Assembly (NCBI RefSeq): GCF_037042905.1
Contig: NC_087245.1
Span: 18,912,001 to 18,972,000, forward strand
Reading direction: 5' to 3'
DNA length: 60,000 bases
Origin: Lytechinus pictus
Taxonomy: Eukaryota
Each line of letters begins with the position of its first letter. Positions within the stretch are counted from its first letter, which is position 1. Below the pieces are notes generated by a model, which was given only the letters and a program-made list of their open reading frames with translations, ran no database searches and had not been told where the DNA came from. Of this stretch, positions 27,207 through 39,601 are shown one piece after another. The position numbers and the translations under genes are program-made.

Positions 27207-27560
27207 CACAAAATCAATACTCCTCGCGAGAACGCTGTCCTTCCCTTAAAAAACTGGTGGATGTAAGATTCAGGACAAATCTATCGGTTCATCAAGAGAA
27301 CGATGGCTTCTCCTGCTCATGTTATTGACCGAACGGATAACTACCCTTCTAAAATGGGGAGAAGAGTTCCTCTGCAAACTTAATAAAGTGAATGAAACAT
27401 GAGAATGATAATAACTCCAAACTTTGTGGTTTTGGATATCCCCGATTTCATCCCCAAAGCCGGGAATCATGATATATTCGCCTGAAGCTAAGATTTGTGT
27501 TTTCATCGCTCTTCATTTTAATTCAACAAACAGCAGACATGCTATTGAGAGTAAAATGAC
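27207..27560 (-). other. Candidate non-coding 5' exon containing a 78-codon uORF
   Basis: CpG-rich patch; donor GTG|GTAAGA at 27207/27206; the ATG ORF 27506-27270 stops before the donor and no ATG-initiated frame reaches it. The start coordinate is a guess. Confidence 0.3.
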
Positions 27561-29382
27561 TCTGCATGATTATCAAATACATGGATAACATTGGAAAATC
27601 GATCTGAAATTGGTCTGCAACAAGTGACAAATTATTGTAATCCTTTCTCCTGCTTGAAATAAACAACTGTGAACCGCCATCTCTCAGGTTCTACATCTCC
27701 TCTTAGTTTAAATTACTTCTTAATTGTCTTTTACTGAATTTCTGTCTTTTAAACTATCCTTCAAACTTACTCTAAACTTACTTTTAATTCACTTAGGAAA
27801 TTTCACTTATTTTTAAAGAGACTTATCTTCAACCTGATAGAAATATAAGCAGCCATCCCAAGCTTTCTAGAAATTGTTTTATCACTATTAAGGATTAAAG
27901 AAGCATATCAATGCCATTTGTGATCACAAGCAATACGAAAACATATAGATGTCTTACATGGTTCCCAGTTTTTGTGTATAACCCTTGCCTTATTCTAAAC
28001 TTAACCTTTGTGCAAAAAAAATATTTTATTCGGCACATGTCATGGATACGGTTTGGCATGGTTTTTGCAGGGATTTTGACAAACTAGGAGAAAACCTAAA
28101 GAAATATAAGATTCACATTGATGACTTGCTGATTCATTTATGAAGGAATATAAAAAGACATTTGATTTCTAATAATTGATCTTAAGTGAATGAAGCAGAC
28201 GTAAACTGCTATCTAAAGTAGATGAAAAACTACTGTTCCACTAAGTGCTATGCAAGTGAGTTCAAACAATTTTGTAAAGCTTGAATCACAAACAGTAAAA
28301 GTACCAAATGCAAATAACAGCTAGCATTTACGTATTTGTTCATCCACATGATTCTTGCACATTTTCAAGCCTAGCCACTTGTATTTTAAATCAGAGTAGA
28401 TGCAATATTTTAACCAAGGTCTATCATTAAATCATGGTTGAGATGACCATTGGATTCAAGCAATAGTTAAAAACAATGATTCTGAAGAATCACCATCCAA
28501 ACACATCTTTCTTCTATTTGGTTTCATACTTGCATTTTGAAAAAAATTGTATTTCCGCAACCAGCATAAAATCGCTTGAATGCCATAAAGAAGATTTTAA
28601 CTAAATCTTTTTTATAACCTTGTTTCTAGAGTTATGAATTCAATTCAGCCTTTAATACACCTGACAGGCAATGATGGTTGGAAATTTTAAGCCATCCACA
28701 GGCAATAAATGATGACACGATTGTTGATAAGATTAAGACCAGCTCATTCAAAACCTTACAACAAATGAACATTGTGTTACAGAAATTGTGCAGTGTTGAA
28801 CATGATCCCACATCTCAAGAGAGCTCAGATGAACTAAATGATAGGATAGATTTTGACATCTTGACCTGAATATGTCACTTTAACTGCATTCTTCCTTCCA
28901 TGTAATAAACAAAAAAATGTTCCAATTTCAGAGCTGTCAGGTTCAAATAATGTATAGAATTAGAAGAGGAGGAACAATCTAGGTCAATTTCAAACACAAG
29001 AAGTCTAAATCAAATCATCTTTGAGGATATGGAAGAAGTTTGGGGCTTAAGTGGCTGGTAACTTAATCGCAAATGACTGTTTAACCTCATGACAATTTCA
29101 TTTAACACTGTTATGAACTCGAGAGGGAATATTTGATGTAGAACATGAGGAGATTCATTGATAAAGAGGATGAGGAATAACCTTAACACAGTGGATATAT
29201 AATTTTCTAATTCCCATAGATTTTTTGCAGGGACCACTTGGTTCCAATAGGTGAAAAAGCAAGTTGCTTGTTTAAGCAGGGCATTGCGTTAAATTCACTA
29301 AGAGATTATTCCCTGAATGTAATTAAGGAAAACTAAGCCTTGTATTTTGAATTGAAATATTACGTTTTAATGACTAGAATAT

Positions 29383-29583
29383 AAAAGAAAGGTGAGAGTG
29401 AGACATTATTGGCAAAATCATTTACATATCAACTATCTATGATGTGAATATCACCATTGTGAAATCAAGCAAAACGTCCTGAATTTCTTATTGTACATAT
29501 GATTTCAATGAAATCTTCATTGCTATGCATGCTTGATTTTACTCTGATATTTAAATCAACTCTTTGTTGTGAGGTGGACTTGA
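29383..29583. mobile_element. Old, decayed right half of a family B (TTAA) MITE
   Basis: Colinear similarity to 13024-13233: AAAAGAAA..GTGAG..TTGTGAAATCAAGC..TTTCTTATT..AAATCAACT..GAGGTGGACTTG. Confidence 0.6.
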
Positions 29584-29769
29584 AATTGAAGTAAAACAAA
29601 TTGAGGTTATCTTGATCTCAAACCTTAAAAAGGGGGGTTGGGGGAAGAAAAACAAAACTTCTCATGCTTCTACTCTCGTTCTTCTCAATATTAGGTGATT
29701 CTTCTCAACATGGTTTGCCTTGGTATACTAACGCATGATTCAAGCGTGTGTGGGAAGCTGCATGCATGC

Positions 29770-29892
29770 GCTAGGCATGGTGAGAAACACTCGAGCTAGG
29801 CAGGCACATGTGAATCTCCGATGTGGCAGCCATGTTGGAAAGCAGGCAATAATGTCAAACCAGGTACTCATCGAATAGGGACAGTGGTAGAT
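29770..29892 (+). mobile_element. Probable SINE body fragment
   Basis: GATGTGGCAGCCATGTTGGAAA..AATGTCAAACCAGGTACTCATCGAATAGGGACAGTGG resembles an echinoderm interspersed repeat recalled from memory; no second copy in the window. Confidence 0.35.
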
Positions 29893-32800
29893 CTACGACT
29901 GCATTCATTTTTTGCTTCCATGATGCTTCAAGAAGAATAATGCATTTATGAAATCATCTGAAAATTGAGTATAGTTTGTGGAAAAACCTTCAGAACTTAA
30001 ATAGAGCTGACGAGTAGAAGAATATTTACAAGCTAACAATGGGGATATATAATGTACAGATTGATATGCGCAGAATGGGTTATTGGGAAAGGGGTGTAGG
30101 AATAGTACTTATTAATAGATCTGTCCTTGTGTAAATTGCTGATGACAATGATGATGATAATGATAATGTGTATAATAAGACTCTAATTTACCCTAATATA
30201 TATTGATGACAATAATCATTTATTCCAAGACTTCAGCGCTAATTTCATACATTACAGAATTATCTTACGACATTTGAATGATAATCTACGAACTTGACAA
30301 TGCCATTCCTAATTTAAAAGCAAAGCAAAATGCATTTCAACAAGAATTGTCATTTAAATCCACATTATTCATATTCATTGGGTCCTCACGCACATAAATG
30401 GCAATAGTCAGCAATTACATACATCATGTACGTGTGAAGTCAATTTTTCTTATTTCAATGTCTGCATGTCACGAATCATGTGTTGAAAACGAGAATGAAT
30501 CGCAATCACGGAGAGGAAGTGTGATATAATTCCTCTACAGGTCATTGCCTCGTCGGATAAACAAAAGATAAAAGGCAACGAGAGGTCGGGATGAGTTCGA
30601 CAGTAATATTCTATTACTCATATTTGTCTCCAAAAGTAAATCTTGAAGGATTGACAGTCTTAATGAGACTGATTACACATATCACTTGGTGCATCATTCA
30701 CAAAGAACTAGTCTCAATCTTAATACCCCATTACCAAGTCAGGTTATGATATTTAATTTATAGAAGGAATGTATTCTCCAAAAAATGTAATGAAAAGCAA
30801 TATTTTCACCTGTTGTACCGCATTGACAAACAAATTACATACAGTATGTATAAAATGTGTAAATATAATAATACAGTTTAACAAATTAATGAATGATGGT
30901 TAGGAATCATTATTGAAAGATTTGGCTGAAGAATAGTCAAAGAAACTACTTTCAATCATAATGTGTCTATATCATACATAAACCAACGATTGAGTTTAAA
31001 GGGATACTCCCACTGAGGAAATAACAATAATTGTGAGTTTTCAAGTTCTTTTCATGTTATTTAAAAATGAAATTACAGTATATGTATCCACCCTAAAGGG
31101 TCACTTCCCAAATATCTTACATTCATGGTATAACCCAAAATGGCTAAAAAGTTCAGGGAAAACATTTGTAAGTAGTCCTATTCATGTAGTTCTGAATTAA
31201 GTTTACGTGACTTGGGAGATTTGAATTAATAATATAATCATTTTCTTGATTTCTAAATCTTACAGCATACATTCAATGCCATTAGATTAATATTTCTCAT
31301 CATTATTTACTAAAAGTCAATCTGATGACCAGAAATGAAGCTCACTATCAACTTGATAATTTTTTATTAATTTTCAATATCAACTTCATAAAAAAAAAAA
31401 GGAAATGATAATCAACATATCTATCCTTCCTATTTTCATCTATACTAAAAAAAAGTATACCATTAACCTAGAATCACTCTGCTCTTAATTACCATCTACT
31501 GACAATCTTTAAAAAGTTTTCCTCATTACCCGGTACCCTTTCTTTAGAGGACGAAAGCAAGATCTCCACCTAACTGATTATAAAGACAGGTAAAGTCTTT
31601 AATGAGCAGGCAGTTCTAAATACAGGCTCTCAAGTCCATCGAGGTATTTCCGTCCTAGATGAGATATAAATGCTCTGAGTGACCTTCTCCTGACCTGATA
31701 TGACTGCTCACTTCCTGCCAAAGTTAAATTGCACCAAGGCTTTCAAAAAGGAGGTATCAAGCAGGATACATTGTCACAAAAGTTCAAACATTTTTTTTAT
31801 CTGAGTCTTTTCTCATTTTGCAAAAAATATAGACATGCAAAGCAGAGGGATCAAAAGAAGAGTGTAATCTTGTGATATATTTGATATTTTCATTGAAAAG
31901 GTAACAACCACTTTGACTAGTTATGGAATTCACAACTACAATTCTTATATTTAGAAGCATTATTTTGTCAGAGGTGCATGATCCATTTGGAGAAATGATC
32001 ACAGGGGCATTTGTATGGTGCTAAATTTTACCCCATATACACCAACATCAGGATCCAAGAGCCATAGACAAATATCCTCTACTGCCCCCATCCCCAACCG
32101 GGCAAAAAAAAATCACAGATTGGTCAAATTACATCATCATGACCCCAATCATTAACTAGGAATGACCATGGTCAAACCTTGTTTGGAGAATTGGGAAATC
32201 AACTTGGCTGGAGAGCTTGAACTTCTGATCTTTAGTCTAGAATTTCAGTTGGGTTGCATTTTTTGTTTACACTGCCAATGTCAAGATTGCAATTTTGGAA
32301 AGAAAAATAGCATATTTTTTTTGGTTTAGATGCTTGATGTTTGAATTTTCGAACCTTCAATGGCATACTAAAATGTTCTTCATAACATCCTAACACCTTC
32401 ACAATGCAATCACTATTCTCGACCGATTTTTTTTTCTTCTTAGAAACCATAGGCCTATGCTTTTAAAAAGGTTGATTTCAATAAGTGAATCTCTTAACAC
32501 ATGTCATAGAAACCCATGGGTACAGATAAGCAAAAAGATGAAGCTGAAAAAAGTAAATGAAGCCAAATTTAGAGTTTCATTGTCATCTGTCATTGAGGAT
32601 TACAAGGGCGATGATCACAATAACAGAGTCTGCTGCAAAGACTAAATGCTTGACCATAACACATGACCTCCACATTGTAGCAATAAACCATGACCACCTG
32701 GGGGGAATTCTTGACCATGCTCACTTCCACTGGACATTTCTAAGATTGTGAACTGACCTCAAATGACCATGGGCATCCAAGAATTCTACTGGATTTTCTG

Positions 32801-34580
32801 ACTAGACACAACAAATTCTGATTAGTCTTGCAAATTCAGGCTTAGAGGATATACAAAATTACCATCCTCAAAATAATTTCAAAAGAAATTTTATGATTAT
32901 AGCTAGTGGAAATGTGATAGGAAGAAAAATAAGGTTGTTTGAAAATTTTCCAGCCTTATTACAGTCAACGTAAATAAATGATGTAAAAACAATCTAGTAT
33001 CTAAATGAACATGAATAATAAAGTGACCACTATAGGCCTAAGCCTATATCAGTTTTCAATAACTGCTTTTTGGTCAAAATTTGAATTTGACCATTAATCA
33101 TATTTCGCCCCTTCTCTTGGTAATGTGTTGTTCTTTTTCAAATACAGGTCCGTCAAACAAATTCTAAATAACTATTTACAGGTTTAAATTGGAGGCCTAG
33201 GATATGTTTATCAATCCTTAAACCTTGAATGTATTCTGGTATGAAATCAGGAGTTCAAACATTCGTGTAAAAGATAGCCCTATGTGCATTTGTTTTTATC
33301 TGTTTTGATTTTGTTCACTTTTCAAAAATCTTTGTTTCTTATTTCACCTTGGTTCTAATGACATGTTCATTACTACTGAACTAAACATATACCTTTTTTT
33401 TTTTTTTTTAAAGAAGCAGGCACAAAAAGAACAAAAAGATTAACTTACTACTTATGGAACCAATCATAGGTAAATAGCTTTCTTTTTCACAATTTTACCA
33501 GGAAAACAGAGAACTGATTGGAAATATCTGCAAAAATCTAAATCTTATTTCTAAATATAGACAATCATAACCAAAACCAAATGAAAATTATTAGTAATAA
33601 AATCTTTCCACAACAGATCCACTTTATGTAATGCCATCTTCAATTAAATATTAGGAGATGCACTCAAATTTTGAATATTATTTCACAAATTTATTTCATC
33701 TTACATCTTATTTAACTCCTTTGCTATCAAATGAACTTCAATTTCCCCCTGTGGACACTTTCCTAATTAGCAATATTTTGTCCAAAGCTTCTGAGAACAT
33801 TTCTACCATAGGATAAAAAAACAATACTATGCATGGTAGATACACCACCGCATATAGACGAACAGGGAGGGGTAGTTAACAAAAAATGAGCTATTTCACT
33901 GGGCGTGGCAAGTGGTCAGACAACTTGACATTTGGGCAATTCCAAAGGGATAAAAAAGAAAATCCTTTCCTTGGCATTCTCAGTTGAGACTATCTGACCG
34001 GCCAGACACAGACTGCCCTCAGGCTACTATGACCCCAAGTGACCAAAAGACAAGGTCAGAGACCTTTAGATAGTTTTCTCTACCAGTCCTCGTGAGGAGC
34101 AATATTACCAAGCAGCATAGACCAAAGTGTTACTAGTACTATTATAGAGTATATAGTTAGGCTGAACTTGCAGGTAGGAGATAAATGATGTTTCCAGTGA
34201 AATGTGATTGTATTAAGCCTAAACTAATAGGCTGGTTAATTAAATTACATTAAAATATTTTCATAGAAAAGGAATATATCTACCTGCAATTGCAATTAAT
34301 AAAATTGAACGTATCAGAATGCCCAAGATTACAAGGCCTATAATTGTTATCTTCATTTAACAATGTGGACTTAAGAATGGTGGTGTTGAGAAAGATATTA
34401 GGGTAATATAACACAAGAATGACAGACTAACTTGGAGGGGGTCAGTCAGGGAGAAGAAAATGGGCACCCTGTCTTGTGATATTGAGTCGACATTGAAAAT
34501 CAAGTTGAAATTAATTTCATTCAATGCAAATTATCCACGACAGTCAGTTTTTTTAAATCTAAATCAAGAAAAAAAATTAA

Positions 34581-35162
34581 AGGAGAATGAAACCCTTGAA
34601 ACTAGCTGAATCCATATCAAAGAGAAAAATCAAAGAAACATATTGTTGAAAGTTTGAGGAAGATTGAATGAATAATAAGAAAGTTATGAGCATTCGAATA
34701 TTGAGATCACTAGTGCCATGTAGATCCTCCCAACGGCAATGCGACCAAGATCTGTGATATCACACACGTACAACTCCCTCATTACTTTAGTACTTATTTC
34801 ACTTATATTCTCACTTTTATAGAGTCTATCACAAGGTGAGGTGTTCTCTTTAAGAGATGACAAGTACAGAGGTTTCACAACATTATATAATTGATGAATC
34901 GTTTGTCATATGATTAGAATGAGCAAAAAGAGATGTTTTGGGGTATATTTTCAGTGTCCAAATGGGAGAGTTGTACGTGTGTGACATCACAGATCTTGGT
35001 CGCATTGCCAATGGGGGGATCTCCATAGCATTAGTGATCTCGACATTCAAATGCTCATAACTCTTTATTGCTAGTCCTATTTTACTCAAAGTTTTGTTGA
35101 TCTGATTCTTTGATTTTTCTGCTTTCACAAAAGCTAACTTGCTCCAAGAGTTTCATTCTCCT
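34581..35162. mobile_element. TTAA-targeting MITE (Kolobok-like) family C
   Basis: TTAA|AGGAGAATGAAAC ... GTTTCATTCTCCT|TTAA; ~200-bp imperfect TIRs, e.g. GCAATGCGACCAAGATCTGTGAT / ATCACAGATCTTGGTCGCATTGC. Confidence 0.92.
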
Positions 35163-35370
35163 TTAAGTATTGATTCATAATGGGTGACAATAAAGGCAAT
35201 ATAGGTGTCAAAATTATTTTGATTGTTCTTTAACAGAAAGTAAAAATTCAATATTTGATAAGATATATATGACAAATTGCCTCACATATCATCAGCTTCC
35301 TCATTTGTATACTGCCTGTACTGTTTTGTGAGACTAAGGTAAGCTGAAAAAGCATATGCTCATTTCACAT

Positions 35371-35455
35371 CTAATTTTCAAGGGATTATCAGTGTTAAAC
35401 TTGATTTTTTTTCTCTTTTCACTAAATCTAATATAGTGTGAGGTGGACTTGACCT
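35371..35455. mobile_element. Terminal fragment of a family B MITE
   Basis: Ends GAGGTGGACTTGACCT|TTAA like the 52443-53029 right terminus, with decayed upstream similarity. Confidence 0.65.
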
Positions 35456-36200
35456 TTAATGATGGCAAAAAATAAATTTCTACTACATAATGTTCTGTTT
35501 TATTACTGTAGATTCTTTTTGACCCCACTGCTCCCTATTCAACAAAATGTTGGAAAGGATAAATTCAGAAGTAAAAGTTCACTCCTCAAGACTACACAAA
35601 GAAATGACAGCTGAGCTATACAAGTGTGAATTATGACCTTACCACATTTTATTTCTAGGCCAATACATCTTACTTGACCCATAAAACAAGTACCAAATAT
35701 TGACCACAGATGATAAAGGAGGCACCCCACCCCATCCACTTCTAATTCACTTCAGTAAAGAAATCTATGAATGGATATGTCCAGACAGATTTCCAGGCTT
35801 GCACTCCACGTGGTCAGTCTTTGTTTACTTGCTCGCTGGAGAAATATAATGAGATTTCTCTACCATATAAAAAATCTAGGCCAAATCCATTTCGCTTGAC
35901 CCAAATGTCACCCTCCACCTAAATATAGATGACCGACCAGCCAGCCCACACATTTTCCCCATTTCCTAGACAAAGGGTTTGACATGGGCAAGCCTCCACA
36001 ACATTGGCTACTACTTGGTAACTTTTAAAACAAAAAAACCTATATAATTTTCCTTGATTTTTAATGGAGGAGTGGGTACTAGCCTTTGTTTTAGCAGGGG
36101 AAATCATACTTGGATTGACCCACACGAATACTTATATATTTGCAATTCTATATTATTCCATATTACCAACTCTTAATGATTTGCAACGCTATTATGCATT

Positions 36201-36402
36201 TGATTCCATACATTTTCTAAATAGAATGCAAATTGAATTACTATATATTTATTTCAGAACAGAAAAGCGATTATCAATTGTCTTTGTAATTTGCAATACT
36301 ATATATTGTATATGATTCCATACATGACAGATTTTGTAAATAATAAAATGCAAATTGAATTTAGATGTTCATTTCAGATCAGGAAAGCAATTATCAGTTG
36401 TC
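36201..36402 (+). repeat. Diverged tandem duplication (~112-bp period, 2 copies)
   Basis: TGATTCCATACAT..AATGCAAATTGAATT..ATTTCAGA..AAAGC.ATTATCA.TTGTC at 36201 and again at 36313. Confidence 0.8.
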
Positions 36403-39362
36403 ACTAAATAGCAAATCAATATGGAAATATCCTAAACATTTTTTGTTTTCATTTTTTTTTAGTATCTGCCTTCCCGCCCCCTCCAACCTCTTGACCCTTC
36501 ATAACTACAGTTGATTGTTCTAGGGATTGTAAAGAACAAAAATAAAATTCCAGATTACATGCACATTCAATAATCCCAAGGAAAATTACAATGAATGGAC
36601 TGAAAAGCATGTCATTGGATGAGGATAGCACCACAAAGAAATAAACCTTGTTTTTCCACTCAACCCCCATCTCAGACACTTGACCTTTAAGTATCCCCAT
36701 CGACGGAGGTCAAGTTTGAATTACGATCTGGCTGGGTGAACACAGAAGCCTGGACTGACCATAGGAAATAAAATTTCAACTGTGATTCTCGCTCATGAAG
36801 GAGAGTAGGGCCGAGTAGTTTTAAGTTCTTTTTCAAGTTCATTGCTGACCTTAGGTGTTGGTGATAGGCCAACTTTTACACCAGCACAGCACCAAACTTC
36901 TAATGAAGCTGGTGTTAAATTTCACAAGGTGTTTGAACTTTCAATTATATCACCTCTTGTAAACTCATATGTTTTAGAGCTATTGAAGGCTATCGGATTT
37001 TCTTCCATACATTACATGAAAAAAAAAAGAAAAAAAAACGGGTTTCATATCATATACTTTAATGTCACCAAATCCTTTTAATATGGAATCATATCTCATG
37101 AAAGCTTTTAAATGGAAAGTAATTTATTCCCTACGAGACAACACCATTTATAATTACTTTTAAATGGGTGTGCTGAGGATATGATACCCAGACATACTTC
37201 TGTGAATGTGGACCACCTTAAGCCTTTTAAAGGATTTGTTCATATCCACTACGCTGTTTTTTTTTTAATTCTAAAATGCAATTGAAAGTATGGTTCATCT
37301 ACATTTATTACCATGCTTTAAACCGTGGAACGTCTTGAGTGTGAATGATCCAGACATAAACATAATTGGGGCTTTGGGGAGATTGGTGAATAAAATATTC
37401 CTAAGATTTAATATTTTACAAAAAACATAGTTTACTGAGAGCTGCTGCATCAGAGAAAAAAGGTAATTTCTAGAGAGGTAGATTAAGAGCTTTGGTATGA
37501 CTTTCTATTGGCTTTAACAGGACAGAAAGTGATTTCAGAATAGGATTATTCTGTCTATCCCCAAGTTTAGGTATTTTCCCTTCCTGAATCAGAAAAGATA
37601 TTTTAGTTACATAAGACTTCGATAACATTTAAAATAAATTCATTCAGTTATGCATTTTGTAATTTCTTTGCTAGGTGGGTTGTTTCAAACATGCACGATA
37701 AGTCAAATAAAAATAAAAAAACAGGAAAAACTGAAAATTTGATACATTCTTAAATCAAGATGCTTGACTGAAATACTAGCAGTTGTTTGAAGACGTGATA
37801 GGTACAATGGAAACCATAGAAAATGTTGAAATCTAGGAGATAAAACAAAAAGGACAGTCACAGGGAAAAACTAGAGAGAGTGAAAGTGGGAATGAAAAAA
37901 AAAAAACACAGTGAAAGGGGTGTTTTGTAGAAAGAATTGGGTTTGAATGCAACTAAATTATAGTCCAAAATACATGCTTGTGATTTATTTCAATTGATTT
38001 TTTGCCTTGTGTTTGAATCTTTCTCCAGCTAGCCCTGCAGCTAGAGATACAGGAGATGCAAGTAATTTGATACACATGCAATAAATAATCCCAAAATTTC
38101 ACCATGATGGTATCCATCATGATTTTTACCTGTTTTTCAAGGCAACCAGTGATCTCTAAGCATTTACCACCGCTTCCCAGAATTACGTGCCCTCTTCAAA
38201 GTCACCTTCACACAAGGGGGAAAAAACCTGTATAGATAAAGAAGGGAGAACAGGGGAGGAAAAAAAAGTTAACATTTTGCAGTAAAATTAAAAACAAAAT
38301 ATCATCATGAATTCATCACTATGAATTTGAAATAATGCAGGTAATTTGTAAAATCATAAAATCAATCAATGTTTTTAGATGGCATTCACAAATGTACAAT
38401 ACTTGGAAATGCTGCTATAATCTTAAATAGCAAAGGCAAGTGACTAACAAAGCTCTATGCACCTATGACCCTAACAAATCAAAAGTAATGGGAAACTTTT
38501 TTTTACTCTTGAAACAATACAAAATTGAATGTGACTGTTTAAAGTCAGGAGTAACTCCATATTCTCCAGCTTTCTATTGACAGATAGTTAAGTTGTTTAT
38601 ATGTTATCAAGAAGAAAACTATTGACTTTTGAAAGTTATGGAAAATACAAAAGACCATGGATTAAAAAATGACATGGACAGTATGGTTCTTAAAGCATTT
38701 CAGTTGCTGCATGTTATTACATTGGAGGAATTTAACTGTGAAATATCAGGGAATGCAAAGGCAATGTAAGCCGACATGTAAGGCTTCCAGAAATGTTTCA
38801 ATTTGAAACTACACAAGTCTAAACCACCACAAGACTGAGACTGAAATAAGGTTGAAAAATACCTTTATATAGTAACTTCCACAGAGTAAATTAATCATGG
38901 CCCAAATAAAAGAAAGCTTTCAGACCAAGTAGGGCTTATACCAAGGTAACCCCTTGCTTACACAATAAAAAGCCCAGGGTCATTCAAAGGAACTGGAGTG
39001 ACCAAGTCCCCCAGAGTCATATGGGTCTGCTGTAATAGACTACACAAGGAACTATTTCTGTCTGGGCTGTTATGTAACCACATTAGCTTCTAACTGTGCT
39101 GTGGTCAGATAAGCATCTCAAATGTAAACATAGCTTGAACCAGGATGTTATTCAATACCAGGAGCTTGCATAAAAAGTGCATTGACCTTAGAAGAGGCCA
39201 TTTAAGGACTACCATGGAGGGAGAAAAGAACTCCATGAGACTACCAACACACTTTTACTTGTAGGGCAAGGGGGGTATGAGATGCTTTCAAACCTGGATC
39301 ATTACAAAATGCCAAATGATTTTTTTTTTTTGGGGGGGTGGGATATTAACTAGTTATCATTA

Positions 39363-39601
39363 CACTGCAAAGACTCCGGTGTTGATTTAACACCAGCCCG
39401 GAAAATTATGTCCACACCAGAGAAGTATTGAAATAACACCAGTTTGGAATCAAACCGATGCTGTTTTAATACTAATTGGTGTTGTATAAACACATATCTG
39501 GTGTTAGACCTAAACCAAACTGGTGTTGTTTAACACTTCTCTGGTGTGGACATATATAGATTCCGGGCTGGTGTTAAATCAACACCAGAGTTTTTTCAGT
39601 G
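39363..39601. mobile_element. Fold-back MITE with CACTG termini, TA-flanked
   Basis: TA|CACTGCAAAGACTCCGGTGTTGATTTAACACCAGCCCGGAA ... TTCCGGGCTGGTGTTAAATCAACACCAGAGTTTTTTCAGTG|TA; ~85-bp arms; repeated AACACCAG motif. Confidence 0.92.
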
